64,000 nt of DNA from an uncultured Candidatus Saccharibacteria bacterium (GCA_964487045.1 CAZAOT010000002.1:123740-187739), one strand, 5' to 3'. Numbered from the stretch's first letter, positions 7,839 through 16,461 are shown. The notes: generated from the letters alone by a model not told the origin. Numbers and translations are program-made.

Positions 7839-8999
7839 CTATTTCAATTTTCTTCTTATAAAGGCTGGGACTTCTAATTCATCTTCGTTGGTATCAGCTT
7901 CTTCCATCATTGGCTGAGGAGTTTCTTCACGATCAACTAGTGGTGTATAAGACCTTGAAGACTGGAAGCTTCCTAGCGGACTACTATATGTAGTGTTTTG
8001 TTCTTCTCGTGGTTGCGATATAGCCGGTCTTTGTTGCTTGCGCATTTCTACGCCTTCATCAAAACCAGTTGCTATGACGGTGATCTTTACCTCACCGGAC
8101 ATTGATTCATCCACAATTGATCCGAAAATAATATTAGCATCTGGGTCGGCTGCTTCGGTAATAATCTTAGCGGCTTCGTCGATCTCATACATGCTCATAT
8201 CTGGTCCACCAGTAATATTGAACAAAATTCCCTTAGCGCCATCAATTGAAAGCTCGAGAAGTGGAGAGTCGATCGCCGCTCTGGCTGCTTCAATTGCCCG
8301 GTTATCACCAGTGCCTCGGCCAATTCCCATAAGTGCCGAGCCGGCATCTGCCATGATCGTTTTAACGTCAGCAAAGTCAACGTTGATAATTCCATGAAGT
8401 GTAATCAAATCAGAAATGCCCTGAACACCTTGTCTTAAAATATCATCGACTACCGTAAATGCGTCGGTAAGCGATGTTTTTTTGTCAATTACCTGAAGAA
8501 GTCGATCGTTAGGAATAACAATCAGAGTATCAACTTTATCTCGAAGTTCTTCGATTCCTTCCTCAGCAACTTTTTTTCTTCTAATACCTTCAAATGAAAA
8601 TGGCTTGGTAACAATTCCGACAGTTAGCGCTCCAAGCTCTTTGGCAATCGCAGCAACGGTCGGACCCGCACCGGTTCCAGTTCCGCCGCCTGCACCATAA
8701 GTTACAAAAACCATATCCGAGCCTTTTAGGGCTTCGTAAATTTCTTCTTTGTTTTCATCAACGGATTTCTTGCCAACTTCGACATTAGATCCAGCGCCAA
8801 GTCCTCTTGTCAATTCCTTACCGATTTGGATTTTAACCGGAGCTGGATTATTGACCAAGGCCTGTGCATCAGTATTGGATACTATAAATTCAACGCCTCG
8901 GAGCTTGGCGTTAATCATGCGCTCTACGGAATTCCCCCCAGATCCTCCGACGCCGACGACTCTAATCGTTGCAAATGTTTCCAGGTCTTCCTTGATCAT
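7839..8999 (-). CDS. ftsZ: Cell division protein FtsZ
   Basis: GAGGGTGTG tubulin signature, NVDFADV, and C-terminal LEVPAFIR peptide. Confidence 0.99.
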   Translation of the reverse strand: MIKEDLETFATIRVVGVGGSGGNSVERMINAKLRGVEFIVSNTDAQALVNNPAPVKIQIGKELTRGLGAGSNVEVGKKSVDENKEEIYEALKGSDMVFVTYGAGGGTGTGAGPTVAAIAKELGALTVGIVTKPFSFEGIRRKKVAEEGIEELRDKVDTLIVIPNDRLLQVIDKKTSLTDAFTVVDDILRQGVQGISDLITLHGIINVDFADVKTIMADAGSALMGIGRGTGDNRAIEAARAAIDSPLLELSIDGAKGILFNITGGPDMSMYEIDEAAKIITEAADPDANIIFGSIVDESMSGEVKITVIATGFDEGVEMRKQQRPAISQPREEQNTTYSSPLGSFQSSRSYTPLVDREETPQPMMEEADTNEDELEVPAFIRRKLK

Positions 9000-9016
9000 G
9001 GCCTATAATATATTTA

Positions 9017-10264
9017 TTATGGTAAAAAGTTTTTGAAGATATCTTTAACTTTTCCTAATGCCCCTCCTACTCCATCAAAGTTAAAACTCATCTTGCCCTT
9101 ATTAGACACGTTTGTGTTTGATTCGTCAAGTCCCCACAACATCAGTCCAACAGCGGTAGCGTAACTCGGATCATCGATCTTGTCAATAAGACCCGAAACC
9201 TCGTAAACTGGCTTACCTTCCTGTACAGGTAGGCCAAGAGTCTTTTTAGTAAATGGTACTATTCCTTTTATCAGTGAGCCTCCGCCAACCAAAACTGCAC
9301 CAGCCGGAAGCATCTCATCCCGCTCAATATCTGATAATTCTTGTTTAATACTGGAAAGAATTTCGTTCATCCTTGCTTCGGCAATCTCACAAACATATTG
9401 CCTAGATGGTCTTTCTTTCTCATGTTTTTCATATTTACCCAGATCGATCTTTTCACTTTCTTTAACATTCTGAAGATCAAGATCAATTGCATCAACCTTA
9501 ATATGCTCCGCTGCTTCAAGCGAAATCTTGAGTCCAATAGCAATATCGTTGGTGATATGATTTGAGCCTATCGGAATCACTTTTGAATGAATCAGTGAAC
9601 CTTCTTCAAAAACCGCGATGGATGTTGCCGAGGCGCCCATATCTATTAGCACCACGCCCATCTCCATTTGTCTTTTATTTAGAAATGCTTTGCTTGCAGC
9701 GAGTGGCGAAAAAACAATTCCTTGAATTTCCATACCGGATTGGACTATAGACTTGGTTAAATTTTTAATAGCAAGCATCGCCACGCCGACAATATGCGCG
9801 TTGACCTCAAGTCTTATTCCCGACATCCCGGTCGGATCCTTTATCCCCGACTGGCCATCGACCGCATAGTATTTAGCGATAGTATGTAAAATTTCATAAT
9901 TTGGAGGAAGAGCTACTGACTGGGCTGCTTCTAATACCCGATCAATATCAGTTGAGGTAATCTCGCCATCAGCACGACTAATAGCAACTACACCCTTTGA
10001 ATCAACCGATACCACCTGATTTCCGCCAATACAGGCATAACAGCTTCCAACGGCATACCCGCTTGAGCGCTCAGCTTCTTCGATCGCTGCGGATATAGAA
10101 CTTACCGTCTCCTCAATATCGACAACTGTTCCTCGGCGCATACCAGAGTTATTGGCTTTACCAACGCCGACTACCTGAATCATGCCTTCTTGTATTTGAC
10201 CTATAAGAACAACTGTTTTTGTCGTACCGATATCAACTGCAGCTATCGAATTTCCCTCTTTCAT
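9017..10264 (-). CDS. ftsA: Cell division protein FtsA
   Basis: DIGTTK, IDMGAS, VLVGGGS, YATAVGL and an amphipathic C-terminal helix. Lies upstream of ftsZ. Confidence 0.98.
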   Translation of the reverse strand: MKEGNSIAAVDIGTTKTVVLIGQIQEGMIQVVGVGKANNSGMRRGTVVDIEETVSSISAAIEEAERSSGYAVGSCYACIGGNQVVSVDSKGVVAISRADGEITSTDIDRVLEAAQSVALPPNYEILHTIAKYYAVDGQSGIKDPTGMSGIRLEVNAHIVGVAMLAIKNLTKSIVQSGMEIQGIVFSPLAASKAFLNKRQMEMGVVLIDMGASATSIAVFEEGSLIHSKVIPIGSNHITNDIAIGLKISLEAAEHIKVDAIDLDLQNVKESEKIDLGKYEKHEKERPSRQYVCEIAEARMNEILSSIKQELSDIERDEMLPAGAVLVGGGSLIKGIVPFTKKTLGLPVQEGKPVYEVSGLIDKIDDPSYATAVGLMLWGLDESNTNVSNKGKMSFNFDGVGGALGKVKDIFKNFLP

Positions 10265-10279
10265 TTCCCTCCCTAAACC

Positions 10280-10642
10280 CTATTTATGATGAATGCCGAG
10301 CAAATGATCTATGCCATGGCATAATATAAAATCAAACTCATCTTCAACAGACTTGCCTGATTCTTTTGCGTTTAACTTGATTATATCACAGCTCAAGAAA
10401 ATCGTACCATATAGTCTTTCCTTGCTTGGAAATTCTGCGCCAGGAAAACTTAGAACATCAGTTGGCGCATCGATTTTTCTAAACTTCTTATTAATCTCGT
10501 GAATTCTAGCTTTTGATACAACCTCTACCTCGACGATTCCACTTGGAGCTTTTCTTTGCTTGAGATGATTTTCAGCAACCTTAATAATATGATGACTTGG
10601 CGGATTCTTTAACCGACTTTTGACCAAAACTTGGTATGACAT
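10280..10642 (-). CDS. ybeY: rRNA maturation endoribonuclease YbeY
   Basis: PTDVLSFP and HGIDHLLGIHH metal-binding motif. Confidence 0.93.
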   Translation of the reverse strand: MSYQVLVKSRLKNPPSHHIIKVAENHLKQRKAPSGIVEVEVVSKARIHEINKKFRKIDAPTDVLSFPGAEFPSKERLYGTIFLSCDIIKLNAKESGKSVEDEFDFILCHGIDHLLGIHHK

Positions 10643-10649
10643 TAGTTTA

Positions 10650-10760
10650 CCCCGTTAGAGTCGGTCTTCGACACCAATTCAGGGTTTACAGAATCCGATT
10701 TAATTTTTGTTGACATAATAGTAGTGATTTAATCCGAGAGTTAGTTTGCCTCTAACGGGG
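10650..10760. mobile_element. MITE-like element, family B, copy 1
   Basis: Terminal inverted repeats CCCCGTTAGAG/CTCTAACGGGG, flanked by TTTA and CGAG. Mobility is inferred. Confidence 0.7.
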
Positions 10761-11187
10761 CGAGGACCTTTTTAACGATCGCCGAGACAAGTCCGCCATC
10801 AGCCTGACCCTTAAGCCGAATCATTGATTCTTTCATGACAGCGCCAAAAGACTTGTCGTCAAGCGAGCCTGCAACTTCTCGAACGATTTTTTCGATCTCT
10901 TCTTCACTCATTTCAGCCGGAAGCATCGATTTAATCTCATTTATTTCAAAATCTATCTTCTCGACTAAGTCGGCTCTTCCGGCAGCATCATATTCACTTC
11001 TAGCTTGTTGACGCTGCTTAAGTTCAATCTTTAAAGTAGCCATTTCATCAGACGAGGTAAGCTCACCTTTCTCTTTTTCCTTAGTTAGAAGAGCTGCTTT
11101 TAGGGTTTGCAAAAGAACCCTTCTTTGTTCATTGCCAGATTTGTATTCTTTAATTATTTCCTGCGTTAGATCATCGATCTTGCTCAT
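10741..11187 (-). CDS. GatB/YqeY domain protein
   Basis: LKQR..A..EY..AGR.DL..E....MLP..MSEEEI..FG.VMK...LKGQADG..VS.IVK pattern. Confidence 0.9.
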   Translation of the reverse strand: MSKIDDLTQEIIKEYKSGNEQRRVLLQTLKAALLTKEKEKGELTSSDEMATLKIELKQRQQARSEYDAAGRADLVEKIDFEINEIKSMLPAEMSEEEIEKIVREVAGSLDDKSFGAVMKESMIRLKGQADGGLVSAIVKKVLAPLEAN

Positions 11188-11192
11188 ATTTA

Positions 11193-11297
11193 CCCCGTTA
11201 GAGACTGCTCAATTTACGAGCGCTCATTAAGTTAGTTAAGGTATTTTGTAGATTATTCGTCATATTATTTTAGGGTTTGTAATTGTCTCTAACGGGG
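11193..11297. mobile_element. MITE-like element, family B, copy 2
   Basis: Terminal inverted repeats CCCCGTTAGAGAC/GTCTCTAACGGGG, with the same TTTA and CGAG flanks as copy 1. Confidence 0.7.
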
Positions 11298-11309
11298 CGA
11301 GCCCCATTT

Positions 11310-11495
11310 TTAAAATATTGAAAAAGTATCCTGGCTGTATCTTGTCAAATAATACAACACTAGGATTATTGCAATTGCGATTAGAACAGAAAGAAAAATC
11401 TTCAAAAAGAGATTACCACCCTCGGCGGTATTCGTTTTTGACTGATTTTCGTTTTGCGATTTCTCTTCTTTTTCTTCGATTGGGTTCTTTTTCAC
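11310..11495 (-). CDS. Possible small single-TM protein overlapping the rpsU 3' end
   Basis: Clear hydrophobic helix LFLKIFLSVLIAIAIILVLYYL. The start is uncertain because of the 83-bp overlap with rpsU. Confidence 0.4.
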   Translation of the reverse strand: MKKNPIEEKEEKSQNENQSKTNTAEGGNLFLKIFLSVLIAIAIILVLYYLTRYSQDTFSIF

Positions 11496-11592
11496 GATAT
11501 CTTCTTTTTTTAGCTTCGCTCAAAACCCCAGATAACTGCACTTCCCGAAAGAATTTTCTGACGACTACTTCGGGATTCTCACTTCTTGCCAA
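11413..11592 (-). CDS. rpsU: Ribosomal protein bS21
   Basis: ENPEVVVRKFFREVQLSGVLSEAKKRRYREK..RRKRR. TTG start at 11592 preceded by GAAAGGGGTG. Confidence 0.85.
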   Translation of the reverse strand: MARSENPEVVVRKFFREVQLSGVLSEAKKRRYREKEPNRRKRREIAKRKSVKNEYRRGW

Positions 11593-11658
11593 TTTATATT
11601 CACCCCTTTCAAAAATTTCTCCACTAAATCTACCACAAAATAGCCTGGTTATCAAGGA

Positions 11659-12651
11659 TTATTGTGTGACGGCGGTTTGTGCCGAAGGTGCGGTAGGTTT
11701 GATCTCGGTATGATAGTTAATACCATATGAGTCTATTGTTGGAGTGGATGCTCCATCGGTATTAGAAAGAGTTGCTTTAATTTGAAGATACCGATAACGA
11801 GTGGGGTTATTAGAATCATCGCCAGCCCTAGAAGTAACTGACCCAATTGATCCTACCCATGCCGTCCAATCTGTTCCATTGGCCGAGGTTCTGTATTGAT
11901 ATGTTGCTGAAGTATTCGCCGGAACGGTTTGAGTAATAGTGTTAGAATCCCAGCTCCAAAAGCTTTCTCCACCGTCGATTTGGGTGCTACCTGTGGTGTG
12001 GATACCGATGGGCTTACCATAGACATACATTTCATTAATATATGTTCTATCAGAATCTCGCAATCCAAAATCTCCAGTAGGATCAGAATTGCTAGTATTA
12101 ACGATTGATATTTTAAGATATCTATAGTTACCGGTAGCAGTTAATTCAACACAACTATGTTCAACATTACAAAATGGACCACTAATAATATTTAGCAAAC
12201 CCAAACTAGTGAAATCTGTATTATTGTTGCTTCCAGAAATAGTTATGCTAGGCTCACAAACCATACAATAATTATCCGCACTATAATGAACGTTAAATTT
12301 TGTTTCTTGCTGGGCTTCGCTCAAATCAACCACCCACGAACCCGTGGCAGCCGGTCCAGTTGCTCCAATCCACTTAGTCGAAGTATTATCATCATTAGCA
12401 TTTGAATCAGTAGAAGATTTTCCTATCAAGCTAATAATTTGATCCGACAAATCTTGCTTTATTGATCCCGAAGTAGATGTATCTATCGAAATAAGTGTTC
12501 CGGCTGCCCAGTCTGCATCTGTATTTATAGTAATGCTCGAATCTGCCGTAATCGCCTTGGGTGGCATATTTTTATTTATAAATAAGTAAACAACAAAACC
12601 TAATAGTATTACAGAAGCAAATATCAGAAATAGTAGATATATTTTTCGCAT
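11659..12651 (-). CDS. Membrane-anchored extracellular protein with a discoidin/F5/8-like beta-sandwich
   Basis: N-terminal TM. DDNTSTKW...WVVDL...ISGSNN...YRYLKI...INEMYVYG pattern, then a second S/T-rich domain (RYLQIKATL). Confidence 0.7.
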   Translation of the reverse strand: MRKIYLLFLIFASVILLGFVVYLFINKNMPPKAITADSSITINTDADWAAGTLISIDTSTSGSIKQDLSDQIISLIGKSSTDSNANDDNTSTKWIGATGPAATGSWVVDLSEAQQETKFNVHYSADNYCMVCEPSITISGSNNNTDFTSLGLLNIISGPFCNVEHSCVELTATGNYRYLKISIVNTSNSDPTGDFGLRDSDRTYINEMYVYGKPIGIHTTGSTQIDGGESFWSWDSNTITQTVPANTSATYQYRTSANGTDWTAWVGSIGSVTSRAGDDSNNPTRYRYLQIKATLSNTDGASTPTIDSYGINYHTEIKPTAPSAQTAVTQ

Positions 12652-12704
12652 TTATTAATAATTATACTCCAAAATAATCAATTGTTTATAAAGTTAATGG
12701 GGGC

Positions 12705-13493
12705 CTAACGGCCCCCTGGAACAATATCACCTACCTTTAGTTCTTTCTTGCCAGACACTAGCGTGAAGCCCTCCAGCTTTCGAAACGGGGGGGCCAAGTC
12801 GTTAGGGTCTTCCTGGCAAGCCAACCCTGCAACCCGGACATGGCCTTTAACGAGCGCCACGTAGTTTTCCCCGATCGACGAGGCCTCGATGATCTCGCCG
12901 TGCTTCGCCCCGCTCGCCTTGACGGCAAGCTCTTTCATTCGCCGCCCTGATTCAGCTGCCCCCTCCCTTGCTGACTGCCGCGGCGAGCGATCAACGTACG
13001 TAGGACTCGGCAAATCCCTGATGGTTCGATACCCCCTGCAGTCATAGACTGCGTCAACAACACCTATAACGTTCACTACAGGAACCCAGCCGTAGCTGGC
13101 GCTTCCGTCCCCAGAATACGCCCCATTATCAGGAGATAGCCAAAGCATCGAACCGTACCTGTCAGCCACTCTTTTGAGCTGCCAATCGAGCCTTCCAGGG
13201 ATTCTAGCGAAGACGATGTCGCCTTCAGCAACATCGTTCCCCTTGGTTATATGAACATAACCCGAAATCCCTGGCCAACCCCTCTGCCATTCGATGGTCG
13301 GAGCCATAGACCTTGACGGCACAAGACGCCAGCCCCCAGCTATGGGTACGAAGACAAGACCAATAAAGCCAACAAGCAAAATACACATCGAAATAGAGAC
13401 TATCTTACCCCAAAGTGTCTGAGGCAGAAATGGCTTCTTCTCTTCCGCCATTTCTGCATTTGGAGCTAGTCGTTCCTGATTCCATGGTGCCAT
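12705..13493 (-). CDS. S26 signal peptidase-like membrane protein (GC-rich)
   Basis: TM followed by SRSMAPT (catalytic Ser), GDIV, LKRV (catalytic Lys) and YGWVP. GAGGAGG RBS before ATG at 13493. Confidence 0.75.
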   Translation of the reverse strand: MAPWNQERLAPNAEMAEEKKPFLPQTLWGKIVSISMCILLVGFIGLVFVPIAGGWRLVPSRSMAPTIEWQRGWPGISGYVHITKGNDVAEGDIVFARIPGRLDWQLKRVADRYGSMLWLSPDNGAYSGDGSASYGWVPVVNVIGVVDAVYDCRGYRTIRDLPSPTYVDRSPRQSAREGAAESGRRMKELAVKASGAKHGEIIEASSIGENYVALVKGHVRVAGLACQEDPNDLAPPFRKLEGFTLVSGKKELKVGDIVPGGR

Positions 13494-13569
13494 CGTGGCC
13501 ACCTCCTCAAAGATCGTTCGCTTGCCCGCTAACGCGGGGTTTTATGAACAACCCGCACAAGCGGGGATT

Positions 13570-13733
13570 CCCCATCATCTCAATTCGATAGCTCCACTAG
13601 GATTATGCATCCTTGTTTCGCTTCGGATATGGATGACGGGGCAAGTGTTCGCGAATCGAGTCCCAGTCATCCCAATCTGATAGCTACACATCGGATTATG
13701 CATCCGCGTTTCGCTTCAGATTGAAAGACGGGA
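13570..13733 (-). ncRNA. Tandem structured leader motif, two ~72-nt copies
   Basis: Copies at 13570-13641 and 13661-13733 share GATAGCT, GGATTATGCATCC and GTTTCGCTTC, with compensatory stem changes. They lie just downstream of a promoter. Confidence 0.6.
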
Positions 13734-13739
13734 TGAATA

Positions 13740-13768
13740 AGCATAGCAGTTTTTTACAGAATTGTCAA
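13740..13768 (-). promoter_or_regulatory. Sigma70-type promoter for the structured leader and S26-like gene
   Basis: Minus strand TTGACA-17 nt-TATGCT, with TG extension. Confidence 0.75.
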
Positions 13769-13894
13769 TCCTGTATGTAGCGCCATACTTAAGTCGGATT
13801 ATAGCAAAATTATTAACATGCAATTATAAGACAAATTTTAATTTTACTAAGATAAAAAATATTAAATAACATTGACATTACCCGAGAGTTTACT

Positions 13895-14159
13895 ACCCAG
13901 CCCTCATCAAGATATATCAAGACGCTTTTTCAAACCTTGCCATGCGCTTCCATATTGTTTCAAGTTCTTTTCACGCAGTATTGCCTGGTCCTGATTGGCA
14001 TAAGTTTCACAATAAATTAGCTCGAAATTATATTTTTTTAGATGTTCTTTAAGCCGTCTTTTTAGATCCGAAGTATAGCCAATGTATAAAGAGCGCATGG
14101 CTCCTCGTCTAAGAATATAAACATAATACATAACTCAATTATACAACAGAGGGCTGGGT
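13895..14159. repeat. 11-bp inverted repeats bracketing the GIY-YIG gene
   Basis: ACCCAGCCCTC (13895-13905) and GAGGGCTGGGT (14149-14159). Confidence 0.7.
13907..14131 (-). CDS. Minimal standalone GIY-YIG nuclease
   Basis: MYYVYIL..SLYIGYTSDLKRRLKEH..LIYCE..A..RE..LK. Confidence 0.92.
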   Translation of the reverse strand: MYYVYILRRGAMRSLYIGYTSDLKRRLKEHLKKYNFELIYCETYANQDQAILREKNLKQYGSAWQGLKKRLDIS

Positions 14160-14170
14160 GCTCCCATTTA

Positions 14171-14199
14171 TTGACATTTTGGCCAAAATATGGTAAAAT
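14171..14199 (+). promoter_or_regulatory. Sigma70-type promoter for the RRM gene
   Basis: TTGACA-17 nt-TAAAAT, with TG extension. Confidence 0.85.
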
Positions 14200-14347
14200 G
14201 GTCGCAGTTTGAAGACTCGTTAGGTGAATAGCCCGAGGTATTCAAACGGGTCGAAAAGTAACCCCAGTAGCACAGCATAGCTGGCTACGGGGCAAGGATC
14301 TAAGGAAGCCCAATAAAGCGCGCAAGCAATTTAAAGGGTCAATAGAG

Positions 14348-14614
14348 ATGGAAGAACAAAAAAATAGGTTATACATCGGAAACTTGCCATACCAAACCAC
14401 TGCCGAAGAGCTCAAAGCTCATTTCGAGCAGATCGGTGAAGTTACCGACTCAGTAGTCATTACTGACAAGATGTCAGGAAGATCAAAGGGTTTCGGTTTC
14501 GTCACTATGGCTACCGATGAATTAGCCGAAAAAGCTGTTGCCGAACTTGATGGCAAAGAGCTAGGTGGAAGACCAATCAAGGTCAACATCGCTCGAGCAC
14601 CAAGAGAAAGATAA
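14348..14614 (+). CDS. RRM-domain RNA-binding protein
   Basis: RNP2 LYIGNL and RNP1 KGFGFVTM. Confidence 0.97.
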   Translation: MEEQKNRLYIGNLPYQTTAEELKAHFEQIGEVTDSVVITDKMSGRSKGFGFVTMATDELAEKAVAELDGKELGGRPIKVNIARAPRER

Positions 14615-14621
14615 CAATAGC

Positions 14622-14657
14622 AACTAAAAAAGGGTCCGCAAGGATCCTTTTTTAGCT
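14622..14657. terminator. Bidirectional intrinsic terminator between the RRM gene and cysS
   Basis: A-tract, GGGTCC-GCAA-GGATCC stem-loop, T-tract, between convergent genes. Confidence 0.8.
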
Positions 14658-14670
14658 AGTTTTAAAAAAT

Positions 14671-16092
14671 CTATTTCTTAGATAGGGTTTGTCCGTCTGG
14701 ACTATCCTCTACAGCAAACCCTATTTCTAAAATCCTGTCTCTCAGTTCGTCAGATTTTGCCCAATTTTTTTCTTCTCTCGCCTTTTGACGCTCGAGCGCT
14801 AGCTTGAATACATCTTGTGGCACATAACCCTCGATCGTAATCCCCTGCTCAACCTTTATTTCAACTTTTTCAAGTATTGCCAAAACTTCATCAATTTTTT
14901 CAAAATTTTCCGTACTTAGGTTATTTAAATTTTCAAACACAAAAGCGAGTGCCTTTGGAGTATCAAGATCATCAGCTATTGCATCTTCAAACCCTCCAAG
15001 CTCAATCCCCTCACCTTTAGCATTATTATACGCTGAGACTATTTTCTTGCGAGCTGCCTGGGCGCCACCGAGCGAATTCCATGAAAAATCGAGTTTTGAT
15101 CGATAACTCGCAGTTAAGCATAGGTATCTAAAATCTAACGCGCTATAACCTTTTTCCTCCAAATCCTGCAAACGTACAAAATGCCCGGATGACTTAGCCA
15201 TCTTGCGACCATTTTCTAGTAAGTGCTCACTATGAAGCCAATACTTCGCAAGAGGTCTGTCATAAGCTGCTTCAGACTGCGCGATTTCGTTAGTGTGATG
15301 AACTGGGATATGGTCAACTCCCCCAGTATGAATCTCAAATGGCTGACCTAAAAACTTCGTTGCCATCGCCGAACACTCCAGATGCCATCCAGGGAAACCC
15401 ACTCCCCAAGGCGACTCCCATTCCATTTGTCTCTTTTTTATTTTAGATCCCTCGGCAAGATCCTTCGACTCGTCTTCGACTCGCTCAGGACTAGTGGCCT
15501 TCGGCACACTTAGTTTCCAAAGGGCAAAGTCAGTCGGATTTTTCTTTTCCAAATTTTTCTCAATCCTGCTCCCCTCTTCAAGATTTTCGATATCAAGACG
15601 AGCAAGCTTCCCATAATCAGAAAGTTTTGAGGTATCAAAATAAATTCCATCAGATGTTTGATAGGTAAAGCCCTTATCCTCTAGGATCTTTATAAGACTA
15701 ATTTGCTCCTCAATATTTTCAGTAGCTCTTGGCATAATATCGGGAATCAAGATATTTAGCTTCTTGAGATCTTTGATAAATTCTTCCTCATAGAACCTTG
15801 CGATTTCAAAAGCAGACTTACCTTCTCTGCTAGAGCCTTTTTCTATCTTGTCCTCACCCTCATCTTGATCACTAGTAAGATGACCAACATCAGTGACATT
15901 TTGGACATGCTTAACTTTATAGCCAAAGTTCTTTAAGGTTCGCACCAATAGATCGTCAAAGATATATTTGCGCAAGTTTCCAATATGAGCATAATCATAT
16001 ACGGTCAAGCCACAAGAATATATCCGAATAGTGTCACCATCGATCGGCTGAATTTCTTCTTTTTGTCTCGATAAGGTATTGAATATTTTCAC
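14671..16092 (-). CDS. cysS: Cysteine-tRNA ligase
   Basis: CGLTVYDYAHIGN, DFALWK, GFPGWHLECSAM, HHTNEIAQ and KMAKS motifs. Confidence 0.98.
   Translation of the reverse strand: MKIFNTLSRQKEEIQPIDGDTIRIYSCGLTVYDYAHIGNLRKYIFDDLLVRTLKNFGYKVKHVQNVTDVGHLTSDQDEGEDKIEKGSSREGKSAFEIARFYEEEFIKDLKKLNILIPDIMPRATENIEEQISLIKILEDKGFTYQTSDGIYFDTSKLSDYGKLARLDIENLEEGSRIEKNLEKKNPTDFALWKLSVPKATSPERVEDESKDLAEGSKIKKRQMEWESPWGVGFPGWHLECSAMATKFLGQPFEIHTGGVDHIPVHHTNEIAQSEAAYDRPLAKYWLHSEHLLENGRKMAKSSGHFVRLQDLEEKGYSALDFRYLCLTASYRSKLDFSWNSLGGAQAARKKIVSAYNNAKGEGIELGGFEDAIADDLDTPKALAFVFENLNNLSTENFEKIDEVLAILEKVEIKVEQGITIEGYVPQDVFKLALERQKAREEKNWAKSDELRDRILEIGFAVEDSPDGQTLSKK
15445..15494. repeat. REP-like family C sequence inside cysS, in frame
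   Basis: AGATCCCTCGGCAAGATCCTTCGACTCGTCTTCGACTCGCTCAGGACTAG shares AGATCCTTCGAC and a GCTCAGGA-like right part with 7761-7827. Confidence 0.7.
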
Positions 16093-16101
16093 TTATAATT
16101 T

Positions 16102-16341
16102 TTATTCTGTTTCCAGGTCGTCGGTTTCAGAATGTTCCTTTGAAGCAACTTCTTCAAGGCTGACATCGCCATCGAGACCCGCATCTTCTGTCAAATCTTT
16201 TTCCTCTTCTTTTTCGGCAAGCTTTTCCACTTCAACATCAAGCGATTCCATTTTTTCATTGCAAACTGGACACATCTCATCATTGCCCTCATGTCCGCAA
16301 ATTGGGCAGAATTTCAAACCCTCTTCAGCTTCTTCTATCAT
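16102..16341 (-). CDS. Small acidic protein with a CxxC...CxxC zinc ribbon
   Basis: FCPICG...MCPVCN followed by a D/E-rich tail. Confidence 0.7.
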   Translation of the reverse strand: MIEEAEEGLKFCPICGHEGNDEMCPVCNEKMESLDVEVEKLAEKEEEKDLTEDAGLDGDVSLEEVASKEHSETDDLETE

Positions 16342-16350
16342 TTTATACTC

Positions 16351-16460
16351 CTTAATTACTAATTCCTAATATCTAATTTCTAATAAAACTTTCAAGTATT
16401 AAATTTCCAATTGGACATTTGGTATTAGTGTTTTTATTAGTAATTAGTTATTAGATATTT
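16351..16460. repeat. AT-rich imperfect palindrome of ~7-nt units
   Basis: CTAAT-containing units on the left mirrored by ATTAG-containing units on the right. Confidence 0.6.
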
Positions 16461-16461
16461 C

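Noticed and set aside
13570-13733. Integron attC sites or a CRISPR mini-array
   Set aside because: No RYYYAAC/GTTRRRY ends, no cassette ORF between the copies, no integrase or cas gene, and only two diverged units.
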